From a virus (lineage: Duplodnaviria > Heunggongvirae > Uroviricota > Caudoviricetes), in the IMG/VR virus record IMGVR_UViG_3300010357_001332: 64,000 nucleotides of DNA, one strand, 5' to 3'. The position numbers and the translations under genes were made by a program. Positions 54,957 to 63,028 of the stretch are shown here, piece by piece; position 1 is the first letter of the stretch; every line of letters starts with the position of its first letter. Under the pieces are notes generated by a model, which was not told the DNA's origin, made no database searches, and saw only the letters and a program-made list of their open reading frames with translations.

Positions 54957-56945
54957 ATGTCAGATTTATTAACTAGCAGATTATTAGATCCCTCGTATTC
55001 TCCTTCAACTACTACTCTACCCACGTTTTTAACTCCTAGTAAAAAAGAATGCCCAGTACGTTTTACTACAGATATTGTCGAATTCTGTGAGCACGAAGAA
55101 TTTTTGGGTACTAAGCTAAGACCACTACAAAAAAACTTTCTTGTCGATTTATATTCATTAGACGATTCCGGATATCCAAAATACGATACAGGTGTTTTTA
55201 TAGCAGGTATGCGTGGTGGTAAATCTGCTTTAGCAGCATTTATAGCTGCATTTCAAGTGCACAGATTACTATCTATGAAGGAACCAGCATTAGAGCTGCA
55301 TCAGATTAAAGGGCAACGTCTTACTATACAATTTATTGCTAACTCCGAAGCACAAGCGAAAGAAACGGCGTATGCTACCTTTGAAACACTTATTACAGAT
55401 TCATTTTGGTATCAAAAGTATATAGGATGGTTAAAAGAGAGAGAAAGAGAAGAACATCTTCCTGTAAATTCATTATTTGAACATAAAGCACAAAGTATAG
55501 AATTTTATGAAAAGAATGTTGCTATTTTATCGCTAAATTCTAACTCCGCAACTGCAGTAGGTAAAACTTCAGCATGCTGTATATTTGATGAGCTTTCTCG
55601 TTTTGATGTAGCGGAGAATGATATACAAGCTAAATCACAAAAGCGTGTTGCACAAGCTATTTATGACGGTGTAGCTAAAGCAGCAACATCTCTAATGCCT
55701 TTTTCTAAGGTTGTTACTATTACATCTCCTATGTATGAAGATGATTATGGCATGAGATTATTATATCAATCTGGTACATTTAAAGGCGGAGAACAAAGTG
55801 GTATTATTCATACTCTAAGAAGGCAATACCCTGATAAAGCAGAAAGAATGCTAGGATATCATTATACTACTTTTGAAATGAATCCTCTAAAGGATGCAAA
55901 TGGCAATATTATACCAGGTGGATTTAGCCCAGAACAAAGCTTTTTCAAGAGTAAAAGAAATGAGAGTCCAGAAGGTTTTAGAAGAGACTTTCTTGCTATA
56001 CCACCCTCAGCAGTAAGTCCTTTCTTTGAATATCCTGAAAGAATAGAATCCTGTATTGTCAAGAATTCACAAGCAGTAATTTTCTTTGATAGGGAATTTC
56101 AAGAATCTGTAGACAGAGATGGATTACCACTAAGTGTTAGACATTATATAGGTAAATCTTTGGAAATAGTTAAGCCCAATAAAATGAAAGATTACTATAT
56201 ATCATGTGACCAGGGTGAAAAGAAAGATGCGTTTGTTGTAGCAATGGCACACGGAGAAACTATAGCTTATAGAACAGTAAATACAGAAGGAAAAGAAATA
56301 GAATATACTAGATATAAAGTTATAATAGATTTTATTGAATGTTGGGTTCCAGATCGAGAAAAACGTGTAACAGTATACTTTCCTAATGTAGAAGAAATCA
56401 TATTTAAACTCCACCAAAATTTTAATATTAAGAAAGTAGTATTTGACCAGTGGAATAGTACAGAATCTATTCAAAGATTATTTAGTAAAGGAATAATGAC
56501 AGAAAAAACTAATCCTTCTGAAAATCTAAAGAAATATGAGATTCTTAAGACATTATTTTATAATGGTCTTATAGAAATGCCTCAAAACGATAGGCTACTT
56601 AAAGAATTACGACAACTTAATTTGATACGTGGTCAGAAAGTTGATCACAGTTCTTCGGGAAGTTCGGATGCCTCCGATGCTCTAGCTAGAGTCGTATTCG
56701 AAGTATATATAAATGTATTGCAACAAGCGGTGCAAGGTAATGTTATTACTAATCCTATGCAGGTAGGCTTGCCCACATTAAGGGGCATTGCAGGGATGCA
56801 AGAATATATGAAGTCTCCTATGATAGCACCTACTGCTGGTTTACCTATTAATAGAACGCCAGGTAGTATAGGAGTAAGCAGTGTTTTTAGTAAAGGAACT
56901 AAAGCCCCAGAACAAAATGTCTTCCCAAATTTTCTACTTAAATAA
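54957..56945 (+). CDS. terL: Terminase large subunit
   Basis: Walker A AGMRGGKS, CIFDE, coupling ITSP, nuclease SCDQG..DAF, FDQWNS, SDASDA. Confidence 0.9.
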   Translation: MSDLLTSRLLDPSYSPSTTTLPTFLTPSKKECPVRFTTDIVEFCEHEEFLGTKLRPLQKNFLVDLYSLDDSGYPKYDTGVFIAGMRGGKSALAAFIAAFQVHRLLSMKEPALELHQIKGQRLTIQFIANSEAQAKETAYATFETLITDSFWYQKYIGWLKEREREEHLPVNSLFEHKAQSIEFYEKNVAILSLNSNSATAVGKTSACCIFDELSRFDVAENDIQAKSQKRVAQAIYDGVAKAATSLMPFSKVVTITSPMYEDDYGMRLLYQSGTFKGGEQSGIIHTLRRQYPDKAERMLGYHYTTFEMNPLKDANGNIIPGGFSPEQSFFKSKRNESPEGFRRDFLAIPPSAVSPFFEYPERIESCIVKNSQAVIFFDREFQESVDRDGLPLSVRHYIGKSLEIVKPNKMKDYYISCDQGEKKDAFVVAMAHGETIAYRTVNTEGKEIEYTRYKVIIDFIECWVPDREKRVTVYFPNVEEIIFKLHQNFNIKKVVFDQWNSTESIQRLFSKGIMTEKTNPSENLKKYEILKTLFYNGLIEMPQNDRLLKELRQLNLIRGQKVDHSSSGSSDASDALARVVFEVYINVLQQAVQGNVITNPMQVGLPTLRGIAGMQEYMKSPMIAPTAGLPINRTPGSIGVSSVFSKGTKAPEQNVFPNFLLK

Positions 56946-56959
56946 AGGAGATTAAGAAA

Positions 56960-57931
56960 ATGAGCGTTTCCAAACAACGATTACAGGAAATAATGGAATT
57001 TTGCTTAGAACAAGGAGAAGAAAAAACTAGAGAATCTTTTAATATTACAGTATCTACATTGGAAAAGTATAAAAGATTATATAAAGAACAGGTAAGTGAT
57101 GATATAAATAAAAAGATTTATCTTGGACAGATTTTTGAAAGATTTAGCGAAGCAGAACTTAAATCTATAGCAGAAGGATCAAGGATTATACCAGGTGAAC
57201 ATTCATCTCCAAAATTAAATTTTGATGGTGAGAAAGTAACATTTGGTGCGATGGGTGATACACATATTGGAAGTGTCTATTTCAAAGAAGAATTACTAGA
57301 ACAAGCAATAGAGGAATGTGATAAGCAAAATTGTCAGTTTATTTGTCATACAGGCGATCTAACAGACGGAATGTCTAGAAGACCAGGTCATGTATACGAA
57401 CTCAAGGATATAGGATATCAAAGGCAGAAAGAAAGAGCTGTACGATGCTTTTCACAATGGAGAAAACACTGGTACTTCATAGATGGCAATCATGACCGTT
57501 GGTATGTCGAAAATAATAATTCTGGTGCAATTATAGCAAAAGATATTTGTAATGAATTAAATCACTTTGAACAAGGAGCCACTTTTCTAGGGCATGATGA
57601 AGGAATTATTACACTAGGTGATATTAAGATTATGTTATGGCATGGAATAGATTCTTCTAGCTATGCTACTTCTTATCGACTGCAAAAACTAGTTGAAGCT
57701 TTTTCTGGCGGTGAGAAACCTAATGTTTTATTGGCAGGGCATGTACATAAACAAGGATACTTTTTTGAAAGAAATATTCATTGTATTAGTACTGGAGCAA
57801 TATGTTTACAAAGCAGATGGATGCGAGGAAAGAGGCTGGCAAATCACAGCGGATTTTGGATCATTACGATGTGGATGAATGAAAAAGGAGTAAGTAAATT
57901 TCAACCAACTTGGTATCCATTTTACATGTAA
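56960..57931 (+). CDS. Calcineurin-like metallophosphoesterase with N-terminal HTH-like segment
   Basis: GDTHIG, GDLTDG, GNHD, WHG, GHVH. Confidence 0.85.
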   Translation: MSVSKQRLQEIMEFCLEQGEEKTRESFNITVSTLEKYKRLYKEQVSDDINKKIYLGQIFERFSEAELKSIAEGSRIIPGEHSSPKLNFDGEKVTFGAMGDTHIGSVYFKEELLEQAIEECDKQNCQFICHTGDLTDGMSRRPGHVYELKDIGYQRQKERAVRCFSQWRKHWYFIDGNHDRWYVENNNSGAIIAKDICNELNHFEQGATFLGHDEGIITLGDIKIMLWHGIDSSSYATSYRLQKLVEAFSGGEKPNVLLAGHVHKQGYFFERNIHCISTGAICLQSRWMRGKRLANHSGFWIITMWMNEKGVSKFQPTWYPFYM

Positions 57932-57941
57932 GTAATCTATA

Positions 57942-57977
57942 AAACAAAATGCAGTAGTTAACTACTGCATTTTGTTT
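57942..57977. terminator. Perfect 36-bp palindrome; likely bidirectional terminator at the convergent junction
   Basis: AAACAAAATGCAGTAGTTAACTACTGCATTTTGTTT; T-runs on both strands. Confidence 0.8.
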
Positions 57978-57981
57978 GTTT

Positions 57982-58066
57982 AGCATATCTTATCACAACT
58001 TGACGGATCTTATCTCAACCCAACCCAACGTAATAAATTGAAACTCATTATACTATACCTTATCTG
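57982..58066 (-). repeat. Pentamer array A (17 units; NN + degenerate GTT/GAT triplet)
   Basis: Minus strand: caGAT aaGGT atAGT atAAT gaGTT tcAAT ttATT acGTT ggGTT ggGTT gaGAT aaGAT ccGTC aaGTT gtGAT aaGAT atGCT. Confidence 0.65.
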
Positions 58067-58361
58067 ATATACAATTTTTTTCTAATAGAAAACTATTCTC
58101 GTTTATTTCTGACTCTTCTTGAAAAACAGGAATAGTAATAATCTTTTTCTTTCTTAAAGAAAGAAGATCCGAATCACTAATTTCAATAGTTTTAGAAACT
58201 ATTTTTGTAGAAAAGAAAAATCCTGGATATTTCATTCCATTTTCTGTTTCAAATACTTGAAGATAAACATTATCGTGATCTCTCCAGTAATATTCATCTT
58301 TATTGAGATTTAAATCTTTATAATCTTTTTTAACACTAAAACTAGCAGGAACTTTTTTCAT
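58053..58361 (-). CDS. Hypothetical protein between arrays A and B
   Basis: 102 aa, AAGGAG RBS at end of array B. Confidence 0.7.
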   Translation of the reverse strand: MKKVPASFSVKKDYKDLNLNKDEYYWRDHDNVYLQVFETENGMKYPGFFFSTKIVSKTIEISDSDLLSLRKKKIITIPVFQEESEINENSFLLEKNCISDKV

Positions 58362-58379
58362 TATTTTAACAATCTCCTT

Positions 58380-58499
58380 AACTTAATATAACTTAATATA
58401 ACTGAACGTAACCCAACGTAACTCAACTCAACTGAATTAAACATAACCTAACTCAACGTAACTCAACTGAATTAAACTGAATTAAACATAACCTAACTT
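58380..58499 (-). repeat. Pentamer array B (24 units; NN + GTT x19 / ATT x5)
   Basis: Plus strand AAY-NN x24 uninterrupted; begins in the stop codon of the RAMP gene. Confidence 0.95.
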
Positions 58500-59073
58500 A
58501 CTCTTCTATATACTCAATAGATTTAACATTAAATCTACCGTAGTATCCATTTTGACTTGGTCTGAATCTTAATAATCCTATAAATTTACCTGCTACATCT
58601 AAATGCCTTTCAAATACCTTTCCACCTTGGGTGGTAGCAATAGATTCATCAATTATAAAAAACTTTGCTTTTCCAGACCAAGATTCTATCTTTGGAAAAA
58701 TTCTAGGTACACGTGTTGTACCACCTCTTGTTCCATCTGCAGGAACAAGCAATCTTTCACCTTGAACATCCTCTTTCTTAATAGAAAGAACAATGGGATC
58801 TACCACCATAAGACCTGCTTCAAATTTCTTGGTCCAAGTCTTCTTACCTTCGCCTTCAATTCTTTCAGACAAATACTTTGCTGCATTTGTCAGACAGTTT
58901 TTTAGAGCCATTGGAGGAATAATTACATAACCTTCTTCATTGTAATGCATTCTTTCCTTCCAAGTTCTCTCTTCATAATCTGCATTCTTCTCTCCTTCTT
59001 TCTTTGGAACTTCATAATACTTTGAAAAACTTAAAGGACTTGCTCCTTCAATTTCAACTATTGCTGCTTTCAT
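58498..59073 (-). CDS. Stand-alone Cas7/RAMP-fold protein (Vipr-like candidate)
   Basis: N-terminal IVEIEGASPL strand, IIPPMALKNCLTNAA (cf. IPGSSLKG), C-terminal G-loop GKFIGLLRFRPSQNGYYGRFNV; flanked by arrays B and C. Confidence 0.75.
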   Translation of the reverse strand: MKAAIVEIEGASPLSFSKYYEVPKKEGEKNADYEERTWKERMHYNEEGYVIIPPMALKNCLTNAAKYLSERIEGEGKKTWTKKFEAGLMVVDPIVLSIKKEDVQGERLLVPADGTRGGTTRVPRIFPKIESWSGKAKFFIIDESIATTQGGKVFERHLDVAGKFIGLLRFRPSQNGYYGRFNVKSIEYIEE

Positions 59074-59105
59074 TTACTTTTACCTCATTTATTTTAAAAT
59101 ATTTT

Positions 59106-59190
59106 ACCTTACTATACCGAAATCCAACTCAACGTAACACAACCCAACACAACTTAACTCAACGAAACGCAACGCAACCAAACTTAATTA
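59106..59190 (-). repeat. Pentamer array C (17 units)
   Basis: Minus: taATT aaGTT tgGTT gcGTT gcGTT tcGTT gaGTT aaGTT gtGTT ggGTT gtGTT acGTT gaGTT ggATT tcGGT atAGT aaGGT. Confidence 0.92.
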
Positions 59191-59201
59191 GTTTATAAGT
59201 T

Positions 59202-59402
59202 CTAGTGCAAATACTTTACAGATTCTTTTTCTATTTTTGCTCTAACAATTTGACATTCTTCTATTTCTAAAGAATAATCATATTTAGAAAATAGAGAAGT
59301 AACATTAACATATATCCACCAAAAGAAATTTTGTATTCTTGTAGGATAGTATCCTTTATCTAACATATCTTTATAATATTGTAGTTTCTTTTTTATATTC
59401 AT
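59202..59402 (-). CDS. Small hypothetical protein between arrays C and D
   Basis: 66 aa. Confidence 0.6.
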   Translation of the reverse strand: MNIKKKLQYYKDMLDKGYYPTRIQNFFWWIYVNVTSLFSKYDYSLEIEECQIVRAKIEKESVKYLH

Positions 59403-59411
59403 ATAATTCTT

Positions 59412-59486
59412 ACCTTAACTGAACTCAACTCAACAAAACTCAACCAAACTCAACTCAACTAAACAGAACCGACTGCAACATATCAC
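59412..59486 (-). repeat. Pentamer array D (15 units)
   Basis: Minus: gtGAT atGTT gcAGT cgGTT ctGTT taGTT gaGTT gaGTT tgGTT gaGTT ttGTT gaGTT gaGTT caGTT aaGGT. Confidence 0.92.
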
Positions 59487-59487
59487 T

Positions 59488-60507
59488 TTATTTCTTTCTA
59501 GATAAAGAACTAGAAGAAATTTCTGGAAATTTAATCTCTTTCTTCTTTTCTTCTTTTCGTTTTTCTACTGCAATCGAAGGAAGAGAAAGATTTTGAATAC
59601 TATCTTCTTTTTTAATTTCTTGTCTAATTTTTTCTATTGTAACTTTTGGTATCTCCTTAAATTTTTTGGATAACTTTTCTACTTCTTTTTTATTTTGTTC
59701 CACTTCTATTTTTCTTAATTCAGTTTCTCTTTCTAAAGAAATATCTTCCCAATGTTGCATATCTTCAAATAATTCTTGGGGACGAATATATTCTATAAAT
59801 TCGTGTTTAATAGTTTTTTGATCGATATCTACTTGAATTAATGTAGCACCAATATCCACAGGGTTATCAGATCCCATAAATGCTGTTTCCCACTGCCAAC
59901 AGGGTGTATGAATAATTTTCACTCCATCATGCGCCTCATATATTCTATGAAGATGAGAAGCAACAATCATTCCTATTTTTGCAGTGTTAGTTTTATAATA
60001 TCTTTTAAAAGCAGCAGTAATTTCAGAAGATGGTGTTTTCCCTTGATGTCTGAAGTTAATACTTGGCATATTATATTTACTTAAGGATAAATTAAATTCC
60101 TTTTTATAATGATTTCCTTTTACATTATGTAATGTAATTAAATTTTGTGTAATTTGTCTATCTGCATCGAACCCCGTTCCTTTACCTGTATGATATCCTG
60201 AACCGCTGCATCCATAGATTATAGTATTTTTACCTACTAAAGGAGATAATAATTCTACAGCAGAGTTTACTTGATCCTCCATATCAGGAATACAGAGTGT
60301 AGTAGCATCTTTTCCACCAGGACCATCCACTATATCACCATTAAGAATTAGATAATCAGGATATTTATATTTTTGAATAAATTCTTCCCATTTGTTTATT
60401 GCCCATAATTGATAAGAATTTGTATGTTCATTAAAATACTTTCTAGGCGTTAGACCATAAATAGAACCCACATGAACATCTGCTAAAACTAGTAATTTAA
60501 TAATCAT
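59488..60507 (-). CDS. Calcineurin-like metallophosphoesterase with charged C-terminal tail
   Basis: ADVHVGS, NGDIVDG, GSGYH, RHQG, SHLH. Confidence 0.8.
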   Translation of the reverse strand: MIIKLLVLADVHVGSIYGLTPRKYFNEHTNSYQLWAINKWEEFIQKYKYPDYLILNGDIVDGPGGKDATTLCIPDMEDQVNSAVELLSPLVGKNTIIYGCSGSGYHTGKGTGFDADRQITQNLITLHNVKGNHYKKEFNLSLSKYNMPSINFRHQGKTPSSEITAAFKRYYKTNTAKIGMIVASHLHRIYEAHDGVKIIHTPCWQWETAFMGSDNPVDIGATLIQVDIDQKTIKHEFIEYIRPQELFEDMQHWEDISLERETELRKIEVEQNKKEVEKLSKKFKEIPKVTIEKIRQEIKKEDSIQNLSLPSIAVEKRKEEKKKEIKFPEISSSSLSRKK

Positions 60508-60537
60508 ATATACTTAAACCTCTTTTTAATATAATTT

Positions 60538-60622
60538 ACCTTAACATAATAAAACGCAGTATAACCCAACAAAACTCAACAAATCTGAACGTAACCCAAC
60601 GAAACGAAATATACCTTAATAA
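60538..60622 (-). repeat. Pentamer array E (17 units)
   Basis: Minus: ttATT aaGGT atATT tcGTT tcGTT ggGTT acGTT caGAT ttGTT gaGTT ttGTT ggGTT atACT gcGTT ttATT atGTT aaGGT. Confidence 0.9.
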
Positions 60623-60631
60623 ATATTCTTT

Positions 60632-60850
60632 TCATAATAATCTTCTCCTACATCTATTTAAAACTTTTATAATATTTTGTAAAGATAATTGTTTTAATAA
60701 TTGATATAAAGCTTTAGATACATAAATTCTATTTTTATAATACAAACCGTCTATATTTATAGCATATTCTATATTGTTAAAAGAAGAATTTATTAATATA
60801 AAAGTGTTTTCTTTATCTAGATGCATTATTTTATCATGTATTATAATCAC
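60632..60850 (-). CDS. Hypothetical protein, paralog family member 1
   Basis: YVSKALYQLLKQLSLQNIIKVLNRC. Confidence 0.6.
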   Translation of the reverse strand: MIIIHDKIMHLDKENTFILINSSFNNIEYAINIDGLYYKNRIYVSKALYQLLKQLSLQNIIKVLNRCRRRLL

Positions 60851-61173
60851 ATATTGCCTCTTTTCTTCATCAGTTTTGAAGCTTCGTCTTTCATATGTTC
60901 TAATATCATTTTAATTATAGAATCACATTGTGATTGTTTGACTCTATGAATACAAATAGAAGTATCAAAAGATTTTAATCTTCTTTGTTCAAATTCAAAT
61001 CCAGATATTTCTTTACATCTTTTTAGAACCTTTAAAATACTTTCGTTTGATAAATTATTACAGATATCATATAGTTCAACGGAAAGATATACACAAGGAT
61101 ATATACTACTCTGATTTTCATAGTATTCAGAATGTTGTAATAGTAGGCTACTAGTAATACTAAAAGGTTTCAT
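60847..61173 (-). CDS. Hypothetical protein, paralog family member 2
   Basis: YLSVELYDICNNLSNESILKVLKRC. Confidence 0.65.
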   Translation of the reverse strand: MKPFSITSSLLLQHSEYYENQSSIYPCVYLSVELYDICNNLSNESILKVLKRCKEISGFEFEQRRLKSFDTSICIHRVKQSQCDSIIKMILEHMKDEASKLMKKRGNM

Positions 61174-61196
61174 TAGTCATCTTTGTTGTAATACAA

Positions 61197-61730
61197 TTAT
61201 TTGCTTTTCCATCTTTCAAATGTTCTTGTCCAAACTTCATCCGCAATTTTTTGTAATCTACTTTTTTCTTTTCTTTTCTCTGCTTCTTTTTGTAAATCTT
61301 TTAAAATTTCTTCGTCTTCATGCTTTATCATTTCTCTTGTTACTATATCAAATTGTCTTTCAGCAATATCTTTCATAGATATATTAGGCATAGAATTAAC
61401 AGTAAATGTAGGAGGATATACTCTTTGTGCACATATACCTGTTGCACCTGTAGAACTCATAGTCCCAATAGGAGTACCTAGCTTTCTTCGGTCATAATCA
61501 ATTTTATGTATTTCTGTACATTTCTTTAAAAGATTTGTAATACCTTCTTTATTTAATTTTTTACATATTTTACTTAATTCAGGTGATGTAAGTATAATTG
61601 TATGATCATATCTATCACTATCTATATAATACTCTGAATTCTTTAATAATGTATCAGATATAACAGAAAAGTTATTTCTATCTGTAAGTGTAATATTAGT
61701 TAGATGAACACTAGGTAAATGATATGCCAT
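61197..61730 (-). CDS. Hypothetical protein, paralog family member 3, with capsid-like segment
   Basis: LTSPELSKICKKLNKEGITNLLKKC; later RVYPPTFTVNSMPNI...REMIKHED. Confidence 0.65.
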   Translation of the reverse strand: MAYHLPSVHLTNITLTDRNNFSVISDTLLKNSEYYIDSDRYDHTIILTSPELSKICKKLNKEGITNLLKKCTEIHKIDYDRRKLGTPIGTMSSTGATGICAQRVYPPTFTVNSMPNISMKDIAERQFDIVTREMIKHEDEEILKDLQKEAEKRKEKSRLQKIADEVWTRTFERWKSK

Positions 61731-61735
61731 TTTAA

Positions 61736-62206
61736 TTATACCTTTAACTTCTTAATTTTCTTTTTTGAAACTTTGTTTGATTTAAAAGTATCCCAGAATC
61801 CTTTAGAATTATTAACACTAGCTGATAACTGTGTATAAAAACCTGTTTGACCTGTTTGATTAGTAGAAACAGTATTTTGTGGAGTATACGAATTTGTAGA
61901 AACCCATACAGGTCCTATCATAGTTGTACCAGAAGCAGATACATTTGCAGGCTTGGTACCTGGAAGAGAAGTCCAGGTACGATTATCAAATATTCTAGAT
62001 CCAAGAATACTAGGACTTACCCTGATACACTTTCTTGGCAAGGTCTGCATTCCTTCCTTTGATAAGTGACTACATATATCATATAATTCTTTTGAAAGAA
62101 AGATAACACCATTATCAAAAATTGATGTAGCATCTATATTAATACAATATTCTTGTTGATATAAATGTTCTGAAATTTCAAGTTTTATTTTAAATGTTAT
62201 TTCCAT
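61736..62206 (-). CDS. Hypothetical protein, paralog family member 4
   Basis: FLSKELYDICSHLSKEGMQTLPRKC. Confidence 0.65.
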   Translation of the reverse strand: MEITFKIKLEISEHLYQQEYCINIDATSIFDNGVIFLSKELYDICSHLSKEGMQTLPRKCIRVSPSILGSRIFDNRTWTSLPGTKPANVSASGTTMIGPVWVSTNSYTPQNTVSTNQTGQTGFYTQLSASVNNSKGFWDTFKSNKVSKKKIKKLKV

Positions 62207-62763
62207 AATAGTTCAAGAATATAATAAATTAAATCTACCTGATCATCCGTGAATTTCCATCTTTTATTTATTCTGCTATCAGCCCATTCAAAAGGATTAT
62301 TTCGTTTCTCCTCTGACATAGCACACCAATCACAACACATTTCTGCTATATCTAATTCAGTCATATTAGTAGAATCTACTATTTTAGAAGGATTCTTATC
62401 ACGATCTTCTATATTTATAGTAGAAGAAGAATCAAAGTATTCCGGATGATGACTATTGGTATGAACGTGGTGTTCAGTAGCATCATTCATTTCCTTTCTT
62501 TGTGCTTTTGAAACTGCACATTCCTTTCCTTCATCTTTATCTTTATATTCCCAAGATATAAGAAGATACGGATCTAGCTCAGGTTCTTTATATTTACTTA
62601 AATCGTGATCTTCACCTCTTTTTGTCATTTCTTTAAAAGTAATAGGATCTATTTCAAATAACTTATTACAGTATTTTTGAACTAATTCTCTATGCAGATC
62701 TGTCCTTTTCTGAAAATATTTTAATAATTCTGATTTATCATTTGGAAACATTATTTTCCTCAT
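62197..62763 (-). CDS. DUF5662-like HD-superfamily protein
   Basis: HRELV, HDLSKY, HH..NSHHPEYF, MTELDIAEMCCDWCAMS. Confidence 0.75.
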   Translation of the reverse strand: MRKIMFPNDKSELLKYFQKRTDLHRELVQKYCNKLFEIDPITFKEMTKRGEDHDLSKYKEPELDPYLLISWEYKDKDEGKECAVSKAQRKEMNDATEHHVHTNSHHPEYFDSSSTINIEDRDKNPSKIVDSTNMTELDIAEMCCDWCAMSEEKRNNPFEWADSRINKRWKFTDDQVDLIYYILELLWK

Positions 62764-63028
62764 TTAAAGAATTTAAAAATGCTGTTAATTTTAATCTTTC
62801 TTCTTTTCTTAATAATATTTGATCAGACCAGGGTGTTCCTTTTGTTATAATATGCCAGATATGGCGTAATTTAGATCTTAATGGTCTTTTAAAATCATTA
62901 ACACCTAGATTATAAAAAGAGATATAAAGAAATCTATTATCAATCTCTTCATTTACTTCTTCTTCATTTTCAAATTCTAACTGTAGTAATTCTGTATGAC
63001 AATCACATTCAATATATTCTGTTTTCAT
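62738..63028 (-). CDS. Hypothetical phage protein
   Basis: 96 aa, ECDCHTE. Confidence 0.6.
   Translation of the reverse strand: MKTEYIECDCHTELLQLEFENEEEVNEEIDNRFLYISFYNLGVNDFKRPLRSKLRHIWHIITKGTPWSDQILLRKEERLKLTAFLNSLNEENNVSK

Noticed and set aside
57982-58066. Array A decode T-G-G-[DE]-[KN]-P as a self-target on queE (TGGEP)
   Set aside because: An extra aa dinucleotide breaks the match, and flanking dinucleotides do not fit the queE sequence
59004-59198. Plus-strand 64-aa ORF (NPTQRNTTQHNLTQRNATQPN)
   Set aside because: Translation artefact of array C, antisense to the RAMP operon
58380-60622. Arrays as simple microsatellites or canonical CRISPR
   Set aside because: Dinucleotides vary unit to unit while phase and triplet are kept at five loci; there are no 25-40 nt repeats with spacers
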